DNA from: Rubrobacteraceae bacterium
GTDB lineage: Bacteria > Actinomycetota > Rubrobacteria > Rubrobacterales > Rubrobacteraceae
Assembly: GCA_051003015.1 (NCBI GenBank)
Contig: JBPCLT010000025.1
Location: 1 to 40,455, forward strand
Direction of reading: 5' to 3'
DNA length: 40,455 nt
Shown here: positions 1 to 7,936 of the stretch, piece by piece
Layout of the letters: every line of letters starts with the position of its first letter
Numbering within the stretch: the first letter of the stretch is position 1
Translations under genes and position numbers: made by a program
The notes under the pieces: model-generated
Databases searched by the model: none
What the model was told of the DNA's origin: nothing
What the model saw: only the letters and a program-made list of their open reading frames with translations

Positions 1-1
1 C

Positions 2-958
2 GCGCTGCGGATCGTCCGCGAGGTCACCGGTCGCTGCGACGTCGTGTCCCTCGAGGGCTGCTATCACGGCTGGACGGGGGCGACGGACGAGCTGCTGGCC
101 GCGGCCCGGGAGCCGGCCGGCGCGGGGGGCGGACGATCTCCGCGCGCGCACCCGGTGGTTAGGCCGAACCCTTACAATGGTCCCTACCGCGCAGAGGACC
201 CGCGTGTCGCGAACCGCTACGGCGAGCACGTCCGCGAACTCGTCGACCGCCTCGTGCGCACCGATTGTGCCCCCGCCGCGTTCATTAGCGAGCCGGTCCT
301 GGGCAACTCGGGCGGCGTCCTCCCCCCGGCGGGCTACCTCCGCCAAGTCTACGACGCCGTTCGGGCCACCGGCGGCCTCTGCATCGCCGACGAGGTCCAG
401 GTCGGCTACGGCCGCCTCGGTCACCACTTCTGGGCCTTCGAGCAGCAGGGCGTCGTGCCGGACCTCGTCACCATCGCCAAGCCGGCCGGCAACGGGCATC
501 CCGTCGCCGCGGTGATCACGACGCGCGCCATCGCCGACGAGTTCTCGCGGCGCACCGACGTCTTCGCGTCCGTCGGTGGCGGTCCCGTCTCGTGCGAGAT
601 CGGCTTGACTGTGCTCGACGTCATCGAGCAGGAGCGGCTCCAGGAGAACGCCCGGGACGTCGGCGAGCACCTCGGGCGGCGCCTGGGCCCGCTCGTCGGT
701 CGGCATCCGCTCGTCGGCGCCCTGCACGGCATGGGCCTTTACCGCGGCCTGGAGCTCGTCCGCGACCGCGAGGCTCGCACCCCGGCGCACGAGGAGGCGC
801 ACGCGATCTGCGGGCGCTTGCGGGAGCTGGGGGTCATCGTCCAGCCCACCGGACCGGGGACAAACGTCCTCAAGCTCAAGCCGCCGCTGTGCGTCACGCG
901 CGACGACGTTGACTTCTTTGCCGCGGCCCTGGAGCATACCCTGAGCACCGGCTGGTAG
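2..958 (+). CDS. Class-III PLP-dependent aminotransferase, 5'-truncated by the window edge
   Basis: The reading frame is open from nt 2 (ALRIVREVTGRCDVVSLEGCYHGWTG...), so the GTG at 44 is only the track start. Family-typical motifs are present: ADEVQVGYGRLG and the lysine context DLVTIAKPAGNGHP. Stop at 956-958. Confidence 0.85.
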   Translation, partial: ALRIVREVTGRCDVVSLEGCYHGWTGATDELLAAAREPAGAGGGRSPRAHPVVRPNPYNGPYRAEDPRVANRYGEHVRELVDRLVRTDCAPAAFISEPVLGNSGGVLPPAGYLRQVYDAVRATGGLCIADEVQVGYGRLGHHFWAFEQQGVVPDLVTIAKPAGNGHPVAAVITTRAIADEFSRRTDVFASVGGGPVSCEIGLTVLDVIEQERLQENARDVGEHLGRRLGPLVGRHPLVGALHGMGLYRGLELVRDREARTPAHEEAHAICGRLRELGVIVQPTGPGTNVLKLKPPLCVTRDDVDFFAAALEHTLSTGW

Positions 959-1023
959 CTCGCGTTTCGGGCGTCGCTCGGCGCGAGGGCGCTCCGGGAG
1001 CCGTCCCGGTTTCGCGGCGGGTA

Positions 1024-2466
1024 TTAGACCTTGCCCGAGATTCTTCCCAGCGACACGCACTTGACGTCGAGGTACTCCTCGACCCCGTAGCGTCCGCCCT
1101 CACGGCCGAACCCTGACTCTTTCAGGCCGCCCGAGGGCGTCTGGTCCGTGGCGGGCAGGCCGTCGTTGGCGCCCAGGATGCCGTACTCCAGCTCCTCTGC
1201 GAGACGCCAAACACGGCCCACGTCACGGGTGAAGTAGTACGCGGCGAGGCCGTAGTTCGTGTCGTTGGCGCGCGCTATGACCTCTTCCTCGTTATCGAAG
1301 GGTAATAGGGCGGCGACCGGTCCAAAGGTCTCTTCGCGCGAGACGAGCATCGAGTCGTCTGCCCCGAGGAGGACCGTCGGCTCGTAGAAGTTCCCGGGCC
1401 GGTCTATCCGCTTGCCGCCGAGCACCAACGCGGCGCCCTTGCCTCTGGCATCCTCGACGTGGCGCTCGACCTTCTCCAAGGCCTTCGGCTCGATGAGCGG
1501 CCCGACCTCCACACCGTCTTCGAGCCCGTCGCCGACCTTCATCTGCGCCATACGCTCCGCGAGGCGGCGGGAGAATTCGCGTTCGACCTGCCGGTGCACG
1601 AAGATGCGGTTGGCTGATATGCAGGTCTGGCCCGCGTTGCGCATCTTCGAGGAGATCACATCCTCTACGGCGTCTTCCAGGTCCGCGTCCTCGAAGACGA
1701 TGAATGGGGCGTGCCCGCCGAGCTCCAGCGAGAGCCGCTTGACCGTGTCGGCCGCCCCCCTCATGAGGATCTTGCCGACCTCCGTCGAGCCCGTGAACGA
1801 GAGCTTGCGCACGCGCCAGTCCTCCATGATGGCACGCGAAAGGTCGGCGGGATCCATGCCGGTGACCACCGAGAGCACACCCTTCGGCAGCCCGGCCCCC
1901 TCGAAGGCCCTCGCAAGCTCCAGCGCCGAGAGCGGCGCGAGTTCCGAGGGCTTGACCACCATCGTGCACCCGGCCGCAAACGCGGCCCCGACCTTGAGAG
2001 CTACCGAGGACGCTGGGAAGTTCCAGGGAGTTACGGCGGCGGCGACGCCCGCCGGACGTTTGAGGAGAACGACCCTCTTGTCGGCGGAGTCGGCGGGCAT
2101 CGTCTCGCCGCGGACGCGCCGGGCCTCCTCCGCGAAACGGTCGAGGCACGATGCGGCGTACAGCACCTCGCCTTCGGACTGGACGAGCGGCTTGCCCTGC
2201 TCCAGCGTCATGATCCGCGCCAGGCGCCCGGCCCGCCCGCGCATCAAGCGGGCGGCTTCAGCGAGGACCCCGGCACGTTCTCCCGCGGTCGTCCTACCCC
2301 ATTCCCGCTGGACGTCGCAGGCGGCTTCGATGGCTCGTTGCATGTCGGCCCCGCCTCCGTCAGGCAGGGTCGCGACCATCTCGCCGGTGGCCGGGTTCGT
2401 CACCTCGAAGGTCTCGCCGGACAGGGCGTCGCGCCATTCCCCACCCACGAACAACTCGTACCTCAT
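1024..2466 (-). CDS. NAD(P)+-dependent aldehyde dehydrogenase (succinate-semialdehyde dehydrogenase-like)
   Basis: ALDH hallmarks are present: FTGSTEVG, ELGGHAP (catalytic Glu) and GQTCISANR (catalytic Cys). I trimmed the track ORF (1024..2742) to the ATG at 2466 (MRYELFVGGEWRD...). This gives ~480 aa, has a GGAGG-rich upstream sequence, and removes a low-complexity Arg/Gly-rich extension. Confidence 0.9.
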   Translation of the reverse strand: MRYELFVGGEWRDALSGETFEVTNPATGEMVATLPDGGGADMQRAIEAACDVQREWGRTTAGERAGVLAEAARLMRGRAGRLARIMTLEQGKPLVQSEGEVLYAASCLDRFAEEARRVRGETMPADSADKRVVLLKRPAGVAAAVTPWNFPASSVALKVGAAFAAGCTMVVKPSELAPLSALELARAFEGAGLPKGVLSVVTGMDPADLSRAIMEDWRVRKLSFTGSTEVGKILMRGAADTVKRLSLELGGHAPFIVFEDADLEDAVEDVISSKMRNAGQTCISANRIFVHRQVEREFSRRLAERMAQMKVGDGLEDGVEVGPLIEPKALEKVERHVEDARGKGAALVLGGKRIDRPGNFYEPTVLLGADDSMLVSREETFGPVAALLPFDNEEEVIARANDTNYGLAAYYFTRDVGRVWRLAEELEYGILGANDGLPATDQTPSGGLKESGFGREGGRYGVEEYLDVKCVSLGRISGKV

Positions 2467-2834
2467 CTCCGACACGTCGGCCTCCCCGCCTCCCGCAACG
2501 CCACGAGCAGTTGCTTCTCCCTGCCGATTGTCGGCCGGACCTTCTTCGGGCCTCGCCGCTCGAACAGCCGCGCCCCGCGCACAACGAAGGCGATCACGAC
2601 AGCCAGAATTATGGCGTACTGGACGGCCGTCCCTGCATACGTGTAAGTGCCCCACGCGGAGATCAACAGCCAACCGGTCAGCCACCCGGCCACCGGTCCC
2701 GGCGCCAGCGAGAGATAGGGGTTGTTCTTCGCGGCCCGCCAATGATCCCCGAACCCCGGCTCGACCCTCACGAGGTCCCTTTCGGATACCCGCCTCTGCA
2801 CATTCGCGTAGCCCGCGACGCCCGCCACCACCAC
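2463..2834 (-). CDS. Hypothetical small membrane protein, translationally coupled to the aldehyde dehydrogenase
   Basis: A hydrophobic stretch (VAGWLTGWLLISAWGTYTYAGTAVQYAIILAVVIAFVV) is consistent with transmembrane helices. Its TGA stop overlaps the ALDH ATG (ATGA at 2463-2466). No family recognised. Confidence 0.4.
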   Translation of the reverse strand: MVVAGVAGYANVQRRVSERDLVRVEPGFGDHWRAAKNNPYLSLAPGPVAGWLTGWLLISAWGTYTYAGTAVQYAIILAVVIAFVVRGARLFERRGPKKVRPTIGREKQLLVALREAGRPTCRR

Positions 2835-3290
2835 CTCCTCAGTCTGTTCTTGCTGTTATGCCCATTCATGTTACACCGCCAGGAGCCCGACGACGCACCA
2901 GGGAACTAGACGCCTCACGCGCTCCACGACAGGGGCCCTCACCGGACGTAGACTATCCCTAGTCTTCTCGTTACCGCAAACCTGCGAGCCACGCCACGGC
3001 CACCATCGCTGCCCCCATGAAGTAGAGCGACGCAGAGCTGGCGTGCCCTCCGATAACGCCCTTTATCCCGTCCCACCCTATGCCTGCGCCGATGAGCAGC
3101 AGGACCTCGAAGAGGCGTACAGGAACAGATGATCACCCCCAAGAGGTCCTCGACTACCTTCCAGATAACCTTCACGAATTCGCCACTCCCGGCAGACCAA
3201 CTCGCTGCTTCGATTGGATGTGCGGCCATCAACGATGGCGGAGTCGTCTCCGTCTGATCGAGGCAAAGAAACCCGGGTACTCACCCGGAA

Positions 3291-4274
3291 TTAGCTTCCA
3301 CCGCCCCCGCCGCCGAAGCCGCCGTAGGGGCCGGAGATAACCTCGCGCCCGGTCAGGCGCTTCACGAGTCGCGGGAAGAAGACGAACGTGAGCACCCCCA
3401 CTACCAGGAGGATCGCCCCGGTAACCGGATGCTCGAGGTCGGGATTGCCCACCCCAGGGCTGAGCCCGTTCCACAAGAGGGCCACACCGGGGAAGATGAG
3501 TCCGGCAGAGATCACGTAGTACACGAGCGAGAGCACCACGACCGCGATCCCGCGTGCCACCGAGCCCGCGATCCGTAGCGCCGGATGCGCTGGCGTGCTC
3601 CTGGGAAGTCTCCTCCTGTTTGCCATCCCGCCTTTTGGTCTACCCGCTCTCACGCCGAACCGGAACTTTTTGTCGGCCTCTCCTCGCAGGCTCAGATAAC
3701 GTGTGATCTCCGCCGCCAGCTCCTCCTCAGGAACCGCCAGGGCGTTCAGCGGCACGTGGATCGGCGCGGAGCCAAAGTACCTGCGGTTTATCCCGATGAG
3801 GAGACGCTTTACGGGGTTTTGCCGCTCCAGAAGTTCCCTTTCGCTCCTGACCCGGATCGCTATGGAGCGCTGACCGTGAAACACGGCGGGTCTCACGTCC
3901 TTCACATCTTCCCAGGGCACGAAGCCAACGCCTACGGCGGAAGCCCTGTCGAGGATGCCTTCGGGACCCACCTCGAAAACGGGCCGCCGGAAGAAAAGGA
4001 GACGCCCCAGGAAGAAGATCGACCCCCACCCGAAAAGCAGAACGCCCACAAGACAGACGACGAAGATCGGTAAGGTAGCCAGCCTCGTAACAACGAGCAA
4101 TACGAGGGACATCCCCGCCGCTTGTTCGGGAAGAGTGACGAACCAGGTCGCGCACAGCGCGCCTGCGGCGGCTGTCAAAAGGGCCGAGCCGAGGGCCATG
4201 AGCGCGGTCCTCGGGATGCTCGTCCGCACCGAGAGCTTCCCGCCTTCCCTGCTGGCCACGCGACTGCTCATCAC
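3291..4274 (-). CDS. Hypothetical membrane protein with a bacterial PH-like middle domain and a Gly-rich C-terminal tail
   Basis: Multiple hydrophobic helices lie at both ends. The central segment GPEGILDRASAVGVGFVPWEDVKDVRP...IAIRVRS resembles membrane-anchored PH-like (STM3941-type) proteins. The C-terminus is GGFGGGGGGS. Family assignment is tentative. Confidence 0.55.
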   Translation of the reverse strand: MMSSRVASREGGKLSVRTSIPRTALMALGSALLTAAAGALCATWFVTLPEQAAGMSLVLLVVTRLATLPIFVVCLVGVLLFGWGSIFFLGRLLFFRRPVFEVGPEGILDRASAVGVGFVPWEDVKDVRPAVFHGQRSIAIRVRSERELLERQNPVKRLLIGINRRYFGSAPIHVPLNALAVPEEELAAEITRYLSLRGEADKKFRFGVRAGRPKGGMANRRRLPRSTPAHPALRIAGSVARGIAVVVLSLVYYVISAGLIFPGVALLWNGLSPGVGNPDLEHPVTGAILLVVGVLTFVFFPRLVKRLTGREVISGPYGGFGGGGGGS

Positions 4275-4398
4275 AAGTAATTATTGTCGCTTATCCTGGC
4301 GCAAGGTGCCAACGTTCGACGGGAGGCATCGCCCGAGGGCGTGTCAGAAGGTTAGGATCTCCAGGGTTCGCAACTCCTGTAGTATCTCGGAACCGTCC

Positions 4399-4738
4399 TT
4401 ACTGTTGTCCGACTCCTGGGGTGGTCCTCTCCGGGCTCTCGCAGCGGCTCGTGTCCAGCGGCTCGATTCTGAAGCCCACGCCCTGGTCCTTGAGGCCGTT
4501 CACCAGCTCGATGAGCTCCTTGATCGACGTCCGAGCCTGTCGAGCTTCCAGACCACGAGGACGTCGCCCTCGCGGCAGTAGTCGAGCGCCGCCTCGAGCT
4601 GCGGGCGCGTCTGCTCGCGACTGGAGATGCTCTCCTCGAAGATCCTCTCGCACCCTGCGGCGGCAAGTCCCGCCGCTGCAGGTCCGGGTTCTGCTCCCTC
4701 TTGCTGACTCTGACATAACCGACGTCCAAGCGTCTCAT
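4399..4738 (-). pseudogene. Serine recombinase (resolvase/invertase catalytic domain) remnant, multiply frameshifted and C-terminally truncated
   Basis: Three consecutive pieces of a resolvase N-terminal domain lie in three different minus-strand frames: GYVRVSKREQNPDLQ (catalytic Ser region), LEAALDYCREGDVLVVWKLDRLGR, and SIKELIELVNGLKDQGVGFRIEPLDTS. No HTH domain follows. Confidence 0.75.
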
Positions 4739-4941
4739 TATCCATGGATACGCAGCCGTTTCCATAACTTCTCTTTGAGACGCCTTCGGAGACATCGCAA
4801 TGGCTTAAAGGCGGCGATTTTCCACAGTGGCACAGATCGTCTTGCAGAGGACCGTTCGATACACGGCGTCGCTTCCGGTTGATTCCCGACGTAGATTCCC
4901 CGCGCCGACGCGAACCCCGATCTAAGAGCTTGTTTTGTAGG

Positions 4942-5790
4942 GCTGAGGGTTCGGGGTGATCTTGTACGCTGGTCTCTATGAGAAGAATGTATTCCACCGA
5001 TCTCTCGGAGAACGAATGGGCTCGTCTACGCTCCCATCTACCCGCCTTACCGAAGACGATAAAAACACGAGCCCATTCTCTACGGGAGATCTTCGACGCT
5101 ATCTTCTATGTCTTGAAGACCGGGTGTCCCTGGCGGCTTCTGCCCGGTGACTTTCCGCCCTGGCAGTCGATCTTCTACCACTTTCGCAGATTCCGCCTCA
5201 GCGGATTATGGCACCTAAACTTCAGAACCCTGCGCACCGCCGAACGCGAAAGGATGGGCAGAAACCCGGCAGCCTCTGCGGCCATCGTCGATAGCCAGAG
5301 CGTCAAGACCGTGGAGGAGTCAGCTCGAATTAGCGGTTACGATGCCGACAAAAACGTCAAAGGTCGAAAGTGGCATCGTCTGGTAGACAGCATAGGCTTG
5401 CGGCTCTCTATCTATGTCACTCCTGCCGATGTTCAGGATCGAGTTGGTGCGCGGTGCCTGTTGGCCGGACCCAAGCCGCTGGTGCCCCGCCTGAAGAAGA
5501 TCTGGGCAGACGGAGCCTACGGCGGCGAACGTCTCGCCGAATGGTGTCAAGACGAGGGTGGCTGGGAGCTTGAGGTCGTCGAGCGCGACAAAGAAGCCTC
5601 TAGCTTCCATGTCATACCGAAGCGTTGGATCGTGGAGCGGACCTTCTCCTGGATAGGTCAGAACCGCAGGATGAGCAAGGACTACGAGCGGATGGTACAG
5701 ACCAGCGAAACTCTGATCGAAGTTGCGATGATCCGACTAATGCTGAGGCCACTGGCGAGGGAAAAGCTCGAACCTCAGACTCAGTAGCAG
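4942..5790 (+). mobile_element. IS5-family insertion sequence (boundaries approximate)
   Basis: It encloses the transposase ORF. An imperfect terminal inverted repeat candidate is CTGAGGGTTCG (4942-4952) versus CGAACCTCAG (5769-5778). The right copy falls inside the 3' end of the ORF, so the true ends are uncertain. GC is locally lower. Confidence 0.45.
4978..5787 (+). CDS. IS5-family DDE transposase (DUF4096 N-terminal plus DDE_Tnp_1 domains), apparently intact
   Basis: Characteristic IS5 motifs are present: LSENEWARLRSHLP, IFYVLKTGCPWRLLP, AAIVDSQSVKT, GYDADKNVKGRKWHRLVD, IWADGAYGG and KRWIVERTFSWIGQNRRMSKDYE. It is a single uninterrupted 269-aa ORF. Confidence 0.92.
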   Translation: MRRMYSTDLSENEWARLRSHLPALPKTIKTRAHSLREIFDAIFYVLKTGCPWRLLPGDFPPWQSIFYHFRRFRLSGLWHLNFRTLRTAERERMGRNPAASAAIVDSQSVKTVEESARISGYDADKNVKGRKWHRLVDSIGLRLSIYVTPADVQDRVGARCLLAGPKPLVPRLKKIWADGAYGGERLAEWCQDEGGWELEVVERDKEASSFHVIPKRWIVERTFSWIGQNRRMSKDYERMVQTSETLIEVAMIRLMLRPLAREKLEPQTQ

Positions 5791-5912
5791 ACTTGCCCCG
5801 AGCTGCCTGTGCAGCCAGGACGACCGCAGCAAACACGCCCGCGCCGATCGTTGACCCTCACCACCGCATCGTCCGTTGCCAACCGACGAGCTCGGAGCGA
5901 ACGGCGCCGCCG

Positions 5913-6293
5913 TTATTTCGGTGGGGGTTCGAAAAGTTCGATGGGGTTGCCGGCAGGGTCCTCAAGCAGGATCTGCTTGCCGCCCCTGCCGCCGACGATG
6001 TCGTTGCGGAAGTACGCCCCCGCCTTGCGCATGCTCTCGACCTCGCTGGCGAGATCGTGAACTTCAAGTTGGATGCGGTTCCAGCCTCCCGGTTCGGGCT
6101 TGCGTCCGTCGGGCATGGCCTGCCCCGCTCCCCCAGTTCCTAGTGCGTTCAGCAGGAGGCGTAGATCGCCTCGCGAGAGGATCGCAAAGCCGGGGGCAGG
6201 ATGCAGCTCGACGCCGAAGCCAAGGTGCCGGGTGTAGAACGCGATCGCCTCCTCGACATCATCGACTATGTAACGCACGCTGATGGTAGGCAT
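5913..6293 (-). CDS. VOC-family (glyoxalase/bleomycin-resistance fold) protein
   Basis: MPTISVRYIVDDVEEAIAFYTRHLGFGVE...ILLEDPAGNPIELFEP is typical of small VOC proteins. Start moved to the ATG at 6293 (126 aa). Confidence 0.8.
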   Translation of the reverse strand: MPTISVRYIVDDVEEAIAFYTRHLGFGVELHPAPGFAILSRGDLRLLLNALGTGGAGQAMPDGRKPEPGGWNRIQLEVHDLASEVESMRKAGAYFRNDIVGGRGGKQILLEDPAGNPIELFEPPPK

Positions 6294-6562
6294 CGCTGGC
6301 CTTTCTTCTCCGATGAAACCTTGCCTCAATAGGAACTTACGGGCGGATCTGTGGGCTCACAAGGAGCAATTTTGGGATATGAGCTTCCTCCTTGTGCATG
6401 GAATCGCACATGATCGTCATAACCCTCAGTTCTGCAAAACAAGCTCTAAGCATCTCGGGAGCGCCCGTCCTCAAGCTTGACCACCACCCCGCGTGGGTAG
6501 GCGGGCCAGGAGGATCCGGGATCAGCGTCCGAGAGAAAAGTCCCACAAACGGGGGCCTTTGG

Positions 6563-6610
6563 GGAGCTGCCGGACCTCTATCGAACCAAGGCTAACCGAT
6601 CCAAAGTAAC
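6563..6610 (-). repeat. Degenerate third copy of the tRNA-Gln 3' portion
   Basis: GCTGCCGGACC (6566-6576) is identical to the acceptor/T-stem segment of the tRNA at 20894-20967. It is followed by AT-CGAACC and about 14/22 further matches. The T-stem pairing is destroyed. Confidence 0.4.
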
Positions 6611-6620
6611 GTCTCGGGTA

Positions 6621-6749
6621 CTGGTCTTGGTCAACCTCTTGGTTGGGTCCCAGAGGTGCGGCGAACCGCACTCATAAATTACCTGCAAATGAGCATTTTT
6701 CGTGGCTGCCGGACCTGGATTCGAACCAGGACTAAGTGATTCAGAGTCA
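6621..6749. repeat. Direct repeat copy A (~129 bp): tRNA-Gln trailer-like sequence plus tRNA-Gln 3' half
   Basis: Hand alignment to 20811-20940 gives a perfect 21-mer CTGGTCTTGGTCAACCTCTTG at the distal end, a diverged middle (21/34), a conserved AAATTACCTGCAAA, then the tRNA portion. Overall identity is roughly 85% with one indel. Confidence 0.85.
6703..6749 (-). other. Truncated tRNA-Gln (3' 47 nt: CCA end, acceptor 3' strand, T-arm, variable loop, anticodon loop); att-like scar
   Basis: 45/47 identical to the 3' part of the intact tRNA-Gln. The two differences are compensatory within the T-stem (CCTGG/CCAGG versus CCAGG/CCTGG). Homology stops inside the 5' strand of the anticodon stem. 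No D-arm or 5' acceptor strand follows. Confidence 0.85.
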
Positions 6750-6800
6750 GTGTGGGGCATCCGCCGCCGGCCGCCGGGGACCGTCGCAGACCGCTACAAA

Positions 6801-6833
6801 GCCGAAAAGCCCGCGCCTCTGATAGGCGCGGGC
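6801..6833 (-). terminator. Rho-independent terminator-like hairpin (minus strand)
   Basis: A 9-bp GC-rich stem, GCCCGCGCC (6809-6817) with GGCGCGGGC (6825-6833), closes a 7-nt loop. On the minus strand it is followed by TTTTCGGCTTT. Confidence 0.6.
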
Positions 6834-7068
6834 GTCGCCAGTCGCCGCGGGTCGCCGTACGGTCTTGGTCAGAATCTTGGTCACTTATTCGCCGCCATCC
6901 CGGAACGAGTACAACAATAATTCGGGATGCTTGGACACGAGGTCGTTAGCGACACCTTCGTACCGGTTCCCATAACGCCCGTCGGACGCCGTGCCGAGCG
7001 GCCCTGCTATATAGTGTAGGGCGCAGAAAGGGCACGGGACGTCTCGGAGATACCCGGAAGGAGCACCT

Positions 7069-7302
7069 ATGGACGCCACGAAGAAGATAGTATCCCGCGA
7101 CCCGGAGGTCATGGGCGGCGAGCTCGTCTTCGCCGGCACCCGCGTGGAGGTCAAGACCCTCGTCGACTACCTAAAGGGGGGCCACACCCTCGACGACTTC
7201 CTGGAGGGGTTCCCGACCGTCTCCCGCGAGCAGGCCGAGGCCTACCTGGAAACCACTATAGAAGCCGTCGGCAGGGGTCTCCCAGCGAGCGCGGGCCGGT
7301 AG
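7069..7302 (+). CDS. DUF433-domain protein (putative antitoxin)
   Basis: IVSRDPEVMGGELVFAGTRVEVKTLVDYLKGGHTLDDFLEGFPTVSREQAEAYLE is the classic DUF433 pattern. A GGAAGGAG RBS lies 5 nt upstream of the ATG. Confidence 0.85.
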   Translation: MDATKKIVSRDPEVMGGELVFAGTRVEVKTLVDYLKGGHTLDDFLEGFPTVSREQAEAYLETTIEAVGRGLPASAGR

Positions 7303-7322
7303 GCGGGTTTTGGTAGCTCCGG

Positions 7323-7652
7323 TTGCGTGTGCTCCTGGACGAGAACGTGGACCGCCGGCTAAAGCGAGACTTTGCCGAAGGGCATGAAGTCTCCACGGTG
7401 GCCGAGGCCGGCTGGGCCGGAAAGAAGAACGGCGAGCTCCTGCGGCTGGCCGAGAAACGCTTCGAGGTGCTCGTGAGCACGGACAAGGGCATCCCGCACC
7501 AGCAGAATGTCTCCCGGTTTGACCTGGCCGTCGTCCTGCTGCGGGCGAAGAGCAACGCCCGCGAGGACTTGGTACCGCTCATGGACGAGGTCAACGCCGC
7601 GCTCGGGTCCGTCGAGCGCGGAACCGTCGTAAGGATACCCCAAGACCGGTGA
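7323..7652 (+). CDS. DUF5615-family PIN-like protein (putative toxin)
   Basis: MRVLLDENVDRRL...GWAGKKNGELLRLAEKRFEVLVSTDKGIPHQQN matches the DUF5615 (Mut7-C/PIN-like) pattern usually paired with DUF433. TTG start 20 nt after the upstream stop. Confidence 0.8.
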   Translation: MRVLLDENVDRRLKRDFAEGHEVSTVAEAGWAGKKNGELLRLAEKRFEVLVSTDKGIPHQQNVSRFDLAVVLLRAKSNAREDLVPLMDEVNAALGSVERGTVVRIPQDR

Positions 7653-7768
7653 CCGAAGGTCCCCTTGGAGGCGCCCAAAAACGGCCCGAAACCGTGCCAG
7701 ATAATCGCCCTCGCACCTCCGTTTCGCCAACAACCGCATATGTAAGCCGTTTTCGCCCCTTTTGTTAC

Positions 7769-7792
7769 GCCAGATAATGGCGCTTATCTGGC
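7769..7792. repeat. Perfect palindrome GCCAGATAA-N6-TTATCTGGC (copy 1); related half-site GTGCCAGATAA at 7694-7704
   Basis: Read directly: GCCAGATAA TGGCGC TTATCTGGC. The same architecture recurs at 20529-20552. Confidence 0.8.
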
Positions 7793-7936
7793 AGCTACTA
7801 TGCCGGAGGCGTATCCTGATTGTACGTCGGCTTCTGTTACGAGTTTTCCAGCTTCGACCGGCCCGCTTCGGGACCATGCAGCAGGCGCCAGCTCAAACTC
7901 GCGCCGGAGAAGGTTAGTCCCGTTACGGATTTCCCG

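Noticed and set aside
1024-2742. N-terminal extensions in track ORFs: ALDH to 2742, GMC to 16742, ureC to 34865, ureG to 31934, and the VOC proteins to 6329 and 38315.
   Set aside because: The extensions are low-complexity, overlap upstream genes and lack RBSs. Internal starts with GGAGG-like RBSs give lengths typical of the families.
1412-2962. Long plus-strand ORF (516 aa) antisense to the aldehyde dehydrogenase. Similar long ORFs occur at 16147..17340, 28029..29453, 38323..40131, 13967..14962 and 24593..25453.
   Set aside because: They are shadow ORFs typical of high-GC DNA. Their translations are Arg/Pro/Ser/Ala-rich low-complexity sequence without motifs, and each lies fully opposite a gene with clear family signatures.
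2940-3232. Possible frameshifted small membrane protein (MAAHPIEAAS...EFVKVIWKVVEDLLGVII in one frame; RLFEVLLLIGAGIGWDGIKGVIGGHASSASLYFMGAAMVAVAWLAGLR in another).
   Set aside because: No family is recognised, two frames are required, and there is no clear start or RBS. Evidence is insufficient to call a gene or pseudogene.
4340-4380. T-arm-like sequence CCAGGGTTCGCAACTCCTG that might be a further tRNA fragment.
   Set aside because: It only partly resembles the GGTTCGAAnCC consensus. There is no flanking acceptor or anticodon homology to the tRNA-Gln repeats, so it is likely chance.
6432-6439. A further CTGCAAAA 8-mer at 6432-6439, considered as part of the tRNA-trailer or operator motif family.
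   Set aside because: It is not embedded in any of the repeat contexts and its spacing to the degenerate tRNA fragment differs. A single AT-rich 8-mer in a locally AT-richer stretch may be coincidental.
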